From: an uncultured Gammaproteobacteria bacterium
GTDB taxonomy: Bacteria > Patescibacteriota > Microgenomatia > Daviesbacterales > UBA10151
DNA length: 64,000 nt
Direction: 5' to 3'
NCBI GenBank assembly: GCA_964649615.1
Contig: CAZYPW010000001.1
Location: forward strand, 33,557-97,556
This document shows, in pieces, positions 10,456-18,974 of this stretch. The first letter of the stretch is position 1. Each line of letters opens with the position of its first letter. Made by a program: the position numbers and the translations under genes. The notes beneath the pieces were generated by a model. It saw only the letters and a program-made list of their open reading frames with translations. It had not been told where the DNA came from and ran no database searches.

Positions 10456-10843
10456 TTAATCTTAACCCAGTTATACCAAACAATCTAGCAAGTAAAAATT
10501 GTAAAATCAAAAATGAGAGCATTAACAATATAAAGCCAATTAAAGAATGGATAATCATTTGTTTGGCGCTTTCAATATCTTCTTTATTTGCCCCAGCCTT
10601 CATGTATTTAAAAGCTGCTATTAGAAAATAAATCACCACCAATACTGTAGCTATTGAGAAGATAGCAGGAACCAGCCTTGTTGTCCCCTCGCCTAAAGTG
10701 GTAATATCCCTAAAACCAAAATCTTTACCCAAATCTATTGGATCTGGAGCTTGTGCAGAAGCATAAGGAGTGTAAAGTGTAAAAGTTAAAGTGTAAAGTG
10801 CTATTATAGTTTTTACTTTTAAGTTTTTACTTTTAAGTTTCAT
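10448..10843 (-). CDS. VirB2/TrbC-like pilin paralog.
   Basis: Signal peptide followed by ...LIAAFKYMKAGANKEDIESAKQMIIHSLIGF, with the same two-TM architecture. Confidence 0.5.
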   Translation of the reverse strand: MKLKSKNLKVKTIIALYTLTFTLYTPYASAQAPDPIDLGKDFGFRDITTLGEGTTRLVPAIFSIATVLVVIYFLIAAFKYMKAGANKEDIESAKQMIIHSLIGFILLMLSFLILQFLLARLFGITGLRLIG

Positions 10844-11179
10844 TTAAAATGGTGTTTGCCCCCCTGTTTTGACAAAAATCTCTGTGGCAAACCTGGTGAT
10901 AAAATAAGCCAAAAAGATCACCATTAAGCCTACCAAAGCCCAGGTAATTCTGGACCTGGCTTTGGCTAAATCTTCTTTTTTGCCTCCTGCTAAGATATAT
11001 TGGTATGCTCCCCAGACCAGGTAGAAAAAAGTTAGAAAAAGCATGATATAAATGGTGATATTAACTAAAACAGATACAAAACTGCTAAGATTGATAAATT
11101 CTGGTTTTAAACCAGAAGGAGTAGGGATAGGCTGGGTTTGTCCTGGTAAGGTTAGTGCTAATAAAGATTTAAGATTCAT
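10844..11179 (-). CDS. VirB2/TrbC-like pilin paralog.
   Basis: Carries ...YLVWGAYQYILAGGKKEDLAKARSRITWALVGL. Confidence 0.5.
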   Translation of the reverse strand: MNLKSLLALTLPGQTQPIPTPSGLKPEFINLSSFVSVLVNITIYIMLFLTFFYLVWGAYQYILAGGKKEDLAKARSRITWALVGLMVIFLAYFITRFATEIFVKTGGQTPF

Positions 11180-11234
11180 GATTCAATTATAGCTTAAAGC
11201 TTAGAACGTAAAGTGTAAAGTTACAGTTTAAAAC

Positions 11235-11603
11235 TTAAAGTTTCCTTTTCCCTTTTAAAGTAAGTAAGCTTGCTCCTAAAATATTTGCAAGTTCTTTCGT
11301 TTCTGTTAGTAAAATATTAACTTCGTTTTTATCAGTATTGGTTCCATCTCGTAATATTCCAAGCCAGTACTTAGTTTCATTAGCACTCTTAAGGGCAATA
11401 GCATAAAAATTAATGAAATCTTTCTTGCTTGATGCAGCTTGTGCCTCAATAATATTGGCTCCTATAGAGGTAGCAGCTCTTAATAGCTGATCAGATATTA
11501 CCCAGAAAATTCTTTCATTAGGTAACTTAGTCACAAATTGCACTATCCTAATGGAAAAAGTATATGCCCGGTACTTTAGTTGTTCCTTGTTATTGTTATT
11601 CAC
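11235..11603 (-). CDS. Four-helix-bundle protein (23S rRNA intervening-sequence protein family).
   Basis: YRAYTFSIRIVQFVTKLP...ISDQLLRAATSIGANIIEAQAASSKKDFINFYAIALKSANETKYWL is the characteristic sequence of this family. Confidence 0.7.
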   Translation of the reverse strand: MNNNNKEQLKYRAYTFSIRIVQFVTKLPNERIFWVISDQLLRAATSIGANIIEAQAASSKKDFINFYAIALKSANETKYWLGILRDGTNTDKNEVNILLTETKELANILGASLLTLKGKRKL

Positions 11604-11666
11604 AGATTTAACTTTTTAGTTGTAGTTTTGCGCTTTAAGTTTTACGTTTTACACTTAAATCCCTAT

Positions 11667-12815
11667 TTATTTACAGCTATCAAATCCTGGTATGCACAGT
11701 ATATCAACCCCAATAATTTTTAAAAGTAAGGTAGCAAAGATTACAAACAAAAGCCCAATGATAGCTGAGGTAAACCTATCCCTGCCACCCTCCAATCTCT
11801 CTGGGTTACCAGCAGATGAGATCATCTGAAATGCACCTACAAGCATCAGTAAAAAGGCAAATCCACCAGAGATAGCTACCAGAAATGTTAAAAGATCTTT
11901 GATAAAACTAATCGGGTTGGTGTGGATACAACCAATAGCTGTGGCAATTGCTGGATCTTCATCAGTTCCACACGGTTTTGCTCCTGCTAGGGTACATTTA
12001 CTGGGGTCGGTACAGTGAGGGGTTATAGGTGCGCCAGGAACCACAGGAGCAATAGAGGCAGAAGGGTTTGGTGTAGACGGAGTTGTGGCTGTGGCACTAA
12101 TTTGGATTGGCCAAAAACACTGATGAAGCGGAGCAAGCTTATAAATTCGCAGATTATATTTATACCCAATCTCTCTTGATAAAGTTAAGTTTGTAAAAGC
12201 ACCCTGACCTGTGCTGCCGGTCTCAGTAGAAGCCAAATCAGGATCTCTTCGGCTACTTACATTAAAATCTTGAATTTTATATTCAGTGTTAGCCAATCCT
12301 AAGAATTTGATATCAAACGGAGTATTTGGTTGAATTGTACTTGGGGGTGGAGGAGATAAACCTATTGTACATCCTCCGGTAGCCCCTATCTGGTAGGAAA
12401 TTTGCGAGCAGAAATCTTGATAGTCACCACTTGCATTAGGTTGCCAATACAATTCTCCTGTGAATTTTCCAGCTTCAATAAGAGAGTTTGTTCTAAAACC
12501 CAATTCACTCCCCCTAATAGTTAAAGAAAATTTATTACCTGAAACAGTTACAGATTGTGTATCATAATCTCCAAGATGAGCGTACCACGCACTGAAGTGT
12601 AAACTAACTGATTTACCATTTAAGAGTGCTAACGTAGCTGGATCATTGATTGTAAAATTAAAAGTTAAATCAGTTGTACCTTCTGGAAAATATTTAGGAT
12701 CATAAGTAATGTTAACAGTGGGTGCAGCGCAACTATCTGAAGCTTGCACAACTGGTATGAATGTGTTGAAGAGAGTCAAAAGACCAATAATTCCAAAGAT
12801 AAAAAGTCTGGACAT
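11667..12815 (-). CDS. Secreted 382-aa protein with a large N-terminal extracellular domain and a C-terminal pilin-like two-TM domain; candidate tip or adhesin pilin.
   Basis: Signal peptide. The C-terminal 70 aa (LLMLVGAFQMISSAGNPERLEGGRDRFTSAIIGLLFV) is homologous to the small pilin paralogs. Confidence 0.5.
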   Translation of the reverse strand: MSRLFIFGIIGLLTLFNTFIPVVQASDSCAAPTVNITYDPKYFPEGTTDLTFNFTINDPATLALLNGKSVSLHFSAWYAHLGDYDTQSVTVSGNKFSLTIRGSELGFRTNSLIEAGKFTGELYWQPNASGDYQDFCSQISYQIGATGGCTIGLSPPPPSTIQPNTPFDIKFLGLANTEYKIQDFNVSSRRDPDLASTETGSTGQGAFTNLTLSREIGYKYNLRIYKLAPLHQCFWPIQISATATTPSTPNPSASIAPVVPGAPITPHCTDPSKCTLAGAKPCGTDEDPAIATAIGCIHTNPISFIKDLLTFLVAISGGFAFLLMLVGAFQMISSAGNPERLEGGRDRFTSAIIGLLFVIFATLLLKIIGVDILCIPGFDSCK

Positions 12816-12848
12816 TATCCAAAGCTTAGCATAAGTAGGGCTAAAATG
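12810..12848. repeat. 39-nt direct repeat, copy 1 (GGACATTATCCAAAGCTTAGCATAAGTAGGGCTAAAATG). It overlaps the start codon and 5' region of the 382-aa pilin-domain gene.
   Basis: Matches 13858-13896 with 38 of 39 nt identical. Confidence 0.8.
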
Positions 12849-12897
12849 ATATCCTTCGGCAGGCTCAGGACAGGCAATTTTGAGCTAGGTTTTGGGA

Positions 12898-13587
12898 TTA
12901 GGATTTAGTTTTATGGTTAGGCTTGATTTTTAATAACAGATTGCGCGAAAGATTCTGATAAAATTGTATGAAAGCTTTTTTATCAAAAGCAGCTTTCATT
13001 TTTGGCAGGGTTTGCATTTTATCTGCATCTGCAATTACATTTGCGAAATAAAATTCCGATAAACCAGTATCTTTTTGCTTTGCCAATTGAAAGATTTTAT
13101 TAAATGATAATTCTGTTTGTATACAAATCATATAAAGATCAATATAATCCTTAGGCTCCAGCCGTCCGAAGACTGCAAGTACCTTATTTGTCGCAATATT
13201 AATAAGTGAATCAATCCTGATGCTGTCAATGGTTTGTATCTTGCCAAAATGTTTAGGTTGTTCTTGAACAATGTCGATTTTTTGCATCCAGCCCTCTTTT
13301 TTATTCTCCAGAAAGATCTCATTATATGTTTGAGAACGGATATGAATTGTTAGTTTAGAATTTGTTTGGCTGGCAATTTCCTGCATAGTAGTACGGAGAG
13401 TAAGGGTATCAAACGGCTCCAGGCTAAAAAAATCTAAATCCTGGCTTTCACGGTGAGCGAGATAAAAAGCCGAAAGAGCAGTACCACCTGTCAGGAAAAA
13501 AGGTCTGGCAAATGGTGAGGAAAAGAATTTTAACAAAAGCGTTGTTTGATGTGGGTATAGGATCTGGTTGTTTTGTAACCTATACAT
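12898..13587 (-). CDS. AbiEii-type nucleotidyltransferase toxin (DUF1814).
   Basis: Motif FFLTGGTALSAFYLAHRESQDLDFF. The start is assigned to the MYRLQ ATG at 13587 so that it does not overlap the upstream small gene. Confidence 0.65.
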   Translation of the reverse strand: MYRLQNNQILYPHQTTLLLKFFSSPFARPFFLTGGTALSAFYLAHRESQDLDFFSLEPFDTLTLRTTMQEIASQTNSKLTIHIRSQTYNEIFLENKKEGWMQKIDIVQEQPKHFGKIQTIDSIRIDSLINIATNKVLAVFGRLEPKDYIDLYMICIQTELSFNKIFQLAKQKDTGLSEFYFANVIADADKMQTLPKMKAAFDKKAFIQFYQNLSRNLLLKIKPNHKTKS

Positions 13588-13870
13588 GGTAGCCCCAAAC
13601 ATTAAGCGCCCGTTGCCATGCCCGTTTAATATTGATTGGTAAACGTAATTTTGGGAAGATTTTAACAATATCATTTACTGTAAGATATCTCCATATATCT
13701 TTAAATTGCGCATGGGTTAATATCCGTGCTACCAGCCAGGATTTTTCCGTAGTATTCTTGCTATGTAAAATATTTCGTACTTGTTTTTTATTAAGATCAT
13801 AATCCCAAAGAAAATATAGTTTATTCATGGTTAAATAATACCACAATTTGTCATTTTGGACATTATCCAA
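13580..13870 (-). CDS. Small protein encoded immediately upstream of AbiEii; candidate cognate antitoxin or partner.
   Basis: Operon-like tandem arrangement: its stop is 5 nt upstream of the AbiEii start. No domain recognised. Confidence 0.35.
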   Translation of the reverse strand: MDNVQNDKLWYYLTMNKLYFLWDYDLNKKQVRNILHSKNTTEKSWLVARILTHAQFKDIWRYLTVNDIVKIFPKLRLPINIKRAWQRALNVWGYHV

Positions 13871-13896
13871 AGCTTAGCATGAGTAGGGCTAAAATG
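13858..13896. repeat. 39-nt direct repeat, copy 2.
   Basis: See copy 1. It lies in the divergent region between the 96-aa gene and the SpoIID-like gene. Confidence 0.8.
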
Positions 13897-13903
13897 GTAC
13901 AAT

Positions 13904-15658
13904 TTGGAGACCATGTTTCACTGCAAAATTACAATTCAAAATTCAAAATTTCTAAAAACTTTTTACTTTTTACTTGCATTTTTGACTTTTATTTTTTGCC
14001 TTTTAACTTTGCCTGTCTATGCTGATGAGCTTGAAGATATTAAAAACCAAATTAATGAGCTAAATCATGCCAGGGAATTATCTGTTTCTGCCACCAAGCC
14101 CTTGGAAGGGCAACTGGAGGGCTTACAAAGGCAGCTAGCCCAAATTCAAGCCAGTTTAGACCATATAGCTTTAACTATTGCCCAAAAGCAAAAAGAGCTG
14201 GATTTAAGGGAAGATAAACTAGCCCTGCAGCAAGCCCTTTTAGAAAAAAGAGTTAAAGCCTACTATATCCGCTCATATCTCTCAGATCCACTGGTGGTGA
14301 TTTTATCCTCATTCCAATCAGGAGATTTATTTAGGGAATTGTCTTACCGCCAGACTGTGGCCAGGGAAGATAAACAAGTCATCTCCTCCATTACCAGCCA
14401 GGTGGTGGATTTATTAAATCAAAAAGAAAAATTAGAACAAGATAAAGCTAAACTGGCTTCTTTGCAAGCAGAGGTAGACAAAAATGCGAAGTTTTTGGGA
14501 GGGGAGGTTAAAAAGGCCAAGACTTATCAGGAAGAGCTTTCCTCTAAAATTGCCCAACTTTCTGCCCGCCAGCAACAAATTATCTCTCAAAGGCAAGCCT
14601 CCTTAAACTTGCCTACCTCTTTGGGAGCAGGACCACTCTTTTGTACTGATGATAGAAAGCTGGACCCGGGATTTTCTCCAGCTTTTGCTTTTTTTACTTT
14701 TGGCATTCCTCATCGGGTGGGGATGAATCAATATGGAGCTTTGGGTAGGTCTCAAGCAGGCCAATCTGCAGAGCAGATTTTGCAGGCCTATTTCCAAGAC
14801 TTTTCCTTTGAGCAAAGGCCAAATATCAATATTTCTGTCCAAGGTTTTGGTTCTATGCCTTTGGAAACTTATTTATTAGGCATTTATGAGATGCCAGATT
14901 CCTGGCCAATAGAGGCTTTAAAAGCTCAAGCTATTGCTGCCCGCTCCTATGCCCTTTCCTACACTAACAATGGTTCTAAAGAAATTTGTACTACTCAAGC
15001 CTGCCAGGTTTATAAAGGAGGCAATAAGGGAGGGAATTGGGAAAATGCAGTCAAACAAACTGAGGGTAAAACCATGGTTTCAGGAGGTTCTGCTGTTTCT
15101 GCCTGGTATTCTTCAACTGATGGAGGATATACCTATTCATCTTCAGACGTGGGTTGGAGTTCCCGCTCTTTTACTAAAAGGGTCAGAGATACCAGTGGAG
15201 ATATATCCTCATTTGAGGATCTTTTTAGCAAAAGTTATGATAAAGATTCACCTTGTTTTTATGCAGCCCAAGGTTTTAGGCCTCAATATGCCAAGAGTGC
15301 TTGGTTGAAGAGTGAAGAAGTTTCAGATATTGCTAATGTAATCATGCTTTCCAAAAGAGATAGTTCTGTTTCATCCCATATCTATCAAACAGATAAACCA
15401 AATCCAGAGGGGACTGAGACTTGGAATGAAGATAAAGCCAAACAAGAATTAAGGAATAAAGGGGGTTCACCATTTAACAGTGTTTCAGCAGTTTCTGTGG
15501 GGGTAGATTTTTCCTCAGGACAGGTAACTTCTGTAACTGTGTCTGGAGATAGAGGGCCAGAGACCTTTAACGCTACAGAATTTAGAAACTTTTTTAACCT
15601 TAGGGCTCCAGCTAATATTCAAATTGTAGGACCGTTGTTTAATATAGAAAAAAAATAA
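13904..15658 (+). CDS. Secreted coiled-coil protein with a C-terminal SpoIID/LytB domain (a peptidoglycan lytic-transglycosylase-type hydrolase).
   Basis: Signal peptide, then ~200 aa of heptad-rich sequence. The C-terminal domain reads IEALKAQAIAARSYALSY...CTTQACQVYKGG...AWYSSTDGGYT (SpoIID/LytB signature). Confidence 0.7.
   Translation: METMFHCKITIQNSKFLKTFYFLLAFLTFIFCLLTLPVYADELEDIKNQINELNHARELSVSATKPLEGQLEGLQRQLAQIQASLDHIALTIAQKQKELDLREDKLALQQALLEKRVKAYYIRSYLSDPLVVILSSFQSGDLFRELSYRQTVAREDKQVISSITSQVVDLLNQKEKLEQDKAKLASLQAEVDKNAKFLGGEVKKAKTYQEELSSKIAQLSARQQQIISQRQASLNLPTSLGAGPLFCTDDRKLDPGFSPAFAFFTFGIPHRVGMNQYGALGRSQAGQSAEQILQAYFQDFSFEQRPNINISVQGFGSMPLETYLLGIYEMPDSWPIEALKAQAIAARSYALSYTNNGSKEICTTQACQVYKGGNKGGNWENAVKQTEGKTMVSGGSAVSAWYSSTDGGYTYSSSDVGWSSRSFTKRVRDTSGDISSFEDLFSKSYDKDSPCFYAAQGFRPQYAKSAWLKSEEVSDIANVIMLSKRDSSVSSHIYQTDKPNPEGTETWNEDKAKQELRNKGGSPFNSVSAVSVGVDFSSGQVTSVTVSGDRGPETFNATEFRNFFNLRAPANIQIVGPLFNIEKK
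13915..13990. repeat. Right arm of the inverted repeat; encodes the same signal-peptide residues in the SpoIID-like protein.
   Basis: See the left arm. Confidence 0.85.
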
Positions 15659-15694
15659 AGTTAAAAGTCAAAAGTTAAAACTCAAAAGTGTGGT

Positions 15695-15722
15695 AGTTCT
15701 GCCCTGCAGAACTTTTTAATTT
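15695..15722 (+). terminator. Rho-independent terminator (AGTTCTGC-CCT-GCAGAACT stem followed by TTTTTAATTTT).
   Basis: Perfect 8-bp stem followed by a T-tract, directly after the stop at 15658. Confidence 0.6.
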
Positions 15723-15748
15723 TAAATTGTAATTTTGAGTTTTGCATT

Positions 15749-16339
15749 TTGAGTTTTGAAATCAAAAAGAGTATACTCCTTTTTGCCATGTTTCCTTCTT
15801 ATGTAGAAAATCCAGAGAATTGCTCATTTGAAGGCCAGGATCCCCAAGAAAAAATACTGCTTCTTTTAAGGGCTCATCCAATAACTAATTTAAGCTGGAT
15901 TATTCCCGCGATATTACTCTTTTTCCTGCCTTTTGTGATAGGTTTAGCTTTGAGCTTTTTTTCTATTCCCCCAAATATTATTCCAGAGCCTTTTGGGCTG
16001 GTTTTTTTGCTATTTAATTTTTTACTAATCATGTCCATTGTTTTTGAAGGTTTTTTATATTGGTATTTTAATGTGTATATAGTAACTAATAAAAATATTA
16101 TTGATATAGATTTTCACTCCATTCTTTACAAAAACATTGATGTTGCCCCTCTGCGCAACATAGAAGATACCCAATCCTCTATGATAGGGATACTGCATTC
16201 TATTTTTCACTATGGCCATGTTTATATCCAAACTGCAGGAGCAGCCAGAAATATAGATTTAGTTGATGTGCCCAGACCCCATCATGTGGCTGATTTTATC
16301 TTGGATGAATCACATAAAATTTATGGAAATATCCAGTAG
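15749..16339 (+). CDS. Membrane-anchored bacterial PH-domain protein (bPH_2/DUF304-like).
   Basis: Two TM helices, then a segment matching the YdbS/YdbT-type PH domain pattern (...YIVTNKNIIDIDFHSILYKNID...IQTAGAARNIDLVDV). Confidence 0.5.
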   Translation: MSFEIKKSILLFAMFPSYVENPENCSFEGQDPQEKILLLLRAHPITNLSWIIPAILLFFLPFVIGLALSFFSIPPNIIPEPFGLVFLLFNFLLIMSIVFEGFLYWYFNVYIVTNKNIIDIDFHSILYKNIDVAPLRNIEDTQSSMIGILHSIFHYGHVYIQTAGAARNIDLVDVPRPHHVADFILDESHKIYGNIQ

Positions 16340-16358
16340 TTTTAATTTTTTAAATTCG

Positions 16359-16559
16359 ATGGCCTTTTTAATTGTTTTAAAGGCGTCAACTTTGCTTATT
16401 CTTGTGATATATATTATATTTGCCCTAATGATTGTCAGGCAGGTTAGTTTAATGAGCCAAACTTTAATTACCCCAGTTTCCAAAGTTGTGAAGTTAGTAG
16501 CCATATTCCATGCCTTTTTTGCAGTAAGCTTACTAGGTTTGGCATGGGCCATATTATAA
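16359..16559 (+). CDS. Small two-TM membrane protein (hypothetical).
   Basis: MAFLIVLKASTLLILVIYIIFALMIV...VAIFHAFFAVSLLGLAWAIL. I chose the in-frame ATG at 16359 over the longer track ORF. Confidence 0.3.
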   Translation: MAFLIVLKASTLLILVIYIIFALMIVRQVSLMSQTLITPVSKVVKLVAIFHAFFAVSLLGLAWAIL

Positions 16560-16630
16560 AGAGTTAAGAGTTATTAGTTCGGAGTTCGTAGAAAAATATC
16601 TACCTACTACGAATTAAAACGAAGCGTATT

Positions 16631-18496
16631 ATGCAATTAAAAGTAGCTCAGGTGGTAGGTTTAAATACAGATCAAAAAGCTGCCCAAGTTTTATCTATTA
16701 TTTCAGATAAGGATAATGCTTTCTTTGCCCTCTTAACCTTAGAGTGTGATGATGCTTTTACCAGGGGCAGGCAGACTTTATCTGAGCTTTCTGATTTATA
16801 TTTTGAGGGTAATTCTTCCCAAAAATTATCTGAAGTGCTAAAGGCCTTGCAGGAGAAGTTAAAAGATGTTTCAAACTTTGATTTTATATTAGCTTCTTTA
16901 TCAGGAAAAGTGCTTTACCTTTTGGGCAAAGGCAATGTAGAGGTTTATTTAAAAAGGGATGGGAAAACCTCACAGCTTTTATCAGTAGGTCCCCCCACAG
17001 ATTTGATTTCCGGTTTACTGCAGCCAGAGGACAGGGTTTTATTTGCCACTAAAAATTTAACTGCCTTTTTAGCAGATGATTTGTTATCTGCTTTAGTTCT
17101 GCCACTGGAAAGCTTTGAGGAAGAGATTTCTAATAGAATTTTGGGTGGAAGTTTTGAAGAGAATGGATTATCTGGTTTATTAATTGAAGTTAAGCAAGAT
17201 CAGGATAAAGTTAATATCCCCCAGCTCTCTGAAGAGGCTTCAGAGGCTCAAATTACTTCAGAAAGTGCCAGTAATTTACCTAAAAAAGTTAATTTGGAAA
17301 AGATTGTTCAAAATTCTAAGGGTGGGATCATCTGGGCAGTTGTTCATATTAAAAAATTTATCCCTAAAACCAATAAAGGCAGATTAATCTTAGCAGTTAT
17401 ACTAATAATAATTATTTTTGCAGGGGCCTTTTTACAATTTCAATCAAGCCAGAATAAACAAAAAGAGGAGCAGTTTAACCAGTTGTTGCAGTCAGCTAAA
17501 TCCGATTTTGAGGCAGCTAAAGGTTTGGCTTCCCTAAACCCTTCCGAGGCCAAAACAAAGCTAGATTCTGCCAAAGATAATATTAATAAAGCCTTATCTA
17601 TAAAGCCCAAAGATAGCCAAGCTTTAGAATTTAAAAATCAATTGGAGGGAGAGTCCTCCTCAATACTGCAGCAATTTACAGCCACTGGCTTTCCCTTATT
17701 CTTGGATTTAGATTTGATTAAGAAAGGCTTTAGCGCCCAAAGCATGAGTTTATCTGGAAAACAGTTATTGCTGTTAGATGCCAGCAGTAAAACTTTAGTT
17801 GCCCTAGATTTAGATAAAAAAAGCAACCAGGTTTTAGCAGGGGAAAGCCAACTGGGCCAGGCCGAAATTGCATCTTTGAATGGAAGCTTAGGTTTTGTTT
17901 ATTCTGAGGATAAGGGCATTGTCAGAATTGATTTAACCAATCAAAAAGAAGCCACTGTGGCCAAAGCAGATGAAGAGTGGGGGAAAATTGTGGATATTTC
18001 AGGTTTTGCCAGCAATGTTTATTTGCTGGATACTCTCAAAGGACAGATTTGGAAATATTTGCCTGTCCGCAATGCTTCGCAAAGCGATGCAGGCGGGTCA
18101 ACTCAGGATGGGTATTCTGATAAAAGAGAGTATTTAACTGCTCCATTTGATTTAGCAAATTCCATCAGAATGCAGATTGAATCCTCTATTTATGTCTTAC
18201 AAAGAGATGGAGCAATGTTAAGGTTTACCAGGGGGGCAAAGGACCATTTTTCCTATGGAGGTTTAGACAAAGGAGTTTTAAACCCTAAGAGTTTTTTTGT
18301 CTCCTCTGATACAGATAATTTGTATCTGCTAGATTCTGGAAATTCCAGGCTTTTAATTTTAACCAAAACTGGAGAGTATAAAGGCCAAATTAACGGGGAT
18401 AAGTTTGCTCAAGTTTCAGATTTAGTGGTAGATGAAAAAGAAAAAAAAGTCTATCTTTTGGAAGGATCAAAGATTTATACTGTGGATCTAAGGTGA
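16631..18496 (+). CDS. Single-pass membrane protein with an N-terminal cytoplasmic domain, one TM, and a C-terminal extracellular beta-propeller-like repeat domain.
   Basis: TM helix around aa 240-262. The C-terminus has repeated YLLDSGNSRLLIL, VYLLDTLKGQIWKY and VYLLEGSKIYTV motifs typical of NHL/YVTN-type blades. Confidence 0.45.
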   Translation: MQLKVAQVVGLNTDQKAAQVLSIISDKDNAFFALLTLECDDAFTRGRQTLSELSDLYFEGNSSQKLSEVLKALQEKLKDVSNFDFILASLSGKVLYLLGKGNVEVYLKRDGKTSQLLSVGPPTDLISGLLQPEDRVLFATKNLTAFLADDLLSALVLPLESFEEEISNRILGGSFEENGLSGLLIEVKQDQDKVNIPQLSEEASEAQITSESASNLPKKVNLEKIVQNSKGGIIWAVVHIKKFIPKTNKGRLILAVILIIIIFAGAFLQFQSSQNKQKEEQFNQLLQSAKSDFEAAKGLASLNPSEAKTKLDSAKDNINKALSIKPKDSQALEFKNQLEGESSSILQQFTATGFPLFLDLDLIKKGFSAQSMSLSGKQLLLLDASSKTLVALDLDKKSNQVLAGESQLGQAEIASLNGSLGFVYSEDKGIVRIDLTNQKEATVAKADEEWGKIVDISGFASNVYLLDTLKGQIWKYLPVRNASQSDAGGSTQDGYSDKREYLTAPFDLANSIRMQIESSIYVLQRDGAMLRFTRGAKDHFSYGGLDKGVLNPKSFFVSSDTDNLYLLDSGNSRLLILTKTGEYKGQINGDKFAQVSDLVVDEKEKKVYLLEGSKIYTVDLR

Positions 18497-18933
18497 AAAT
18501 AGTCAACAAAAAGGCCCTACATAATTATCACATTTTAGAATCTTTGGAGGCAGGCATAGTGCTTTCTGGTTCAGAAGTCAAATCCATTAGGGCAGGCAGG
18601 ATAGATTTATCCCAGGCCCATGCCAGAATTTTAAATGGGGAAGCATTTTTACTGAATGCCAATATTGCCAGGTTTGCCCAAAGCAGTGAGCAAACCTATG
18701 ACGGCACAAAATCCAGAAAATTATTAATTCACAGAAGTCAGATTGACCAATTAGTAGGTAAAACCTCCGGTAAGAATGCTACCTTAATACCAATTTCTAT
18801 TTATGAAAAAAATAATAAGTTTAAAGTACAAATTGGCCTAGCTAAGCCTAAAAAAGAGTTTGATAAGCGCAGAGTAGTAAAGGAACGTGATCATAATCGT
18901 AGAATACAGCAAGAGCTTAGAGGAAAAGAATGA
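18493..18933 (+). CDS. smpB: SsrA-binding protein SmpB.
   Basis: HNYHILESLEAGIVLSGSEVKSIRAG...LLIHRSQIDQL...KERDHNRR is a canonical SmpB sequence. Confidence 0.95.
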   Translation: MKIVNKKALHNYHILESLEAGIVLSGSEVKSIRAGRIDLSQAHARILNGEAFLLNANIARFAQSSEQTYDGTKSRKLLIHRSQIDQLVGKTSGKNATLIPISIYEKNNKFKVQIGLAKPKKEFDKRRVVKERDHNRRIQQELRGKE

Positions 18934-18937
18934 ATAT

Positions 18938-18969
18938 TTGCTTTTAGGCTCAGAATATGGTAATATAAT
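18938..18969 (+). promoter_or_regulatory. Sigma70-like promoter for ssrA: TTGCTT, 17-nt spacer, TAATAT(AAT).
   Basis: Read from the sequence. The -10 element ends about 8 nt before the tmRNA 5' GGGG. Confidence 0.4.
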
Positions 18970-18974
18970 GCAAT

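Noticed and set aside
9060-14000. AAAGT/GTAAAAG-rich low-complexity tracts, read as satellite DNA.
   Set aside because: Most of them encode Phe/Leu/Thr-rich signal peptides of exported proteins on the opposite strand. Only the 75-nt inverted duplicate and the 39-nt direct repeats behave as true repeats.
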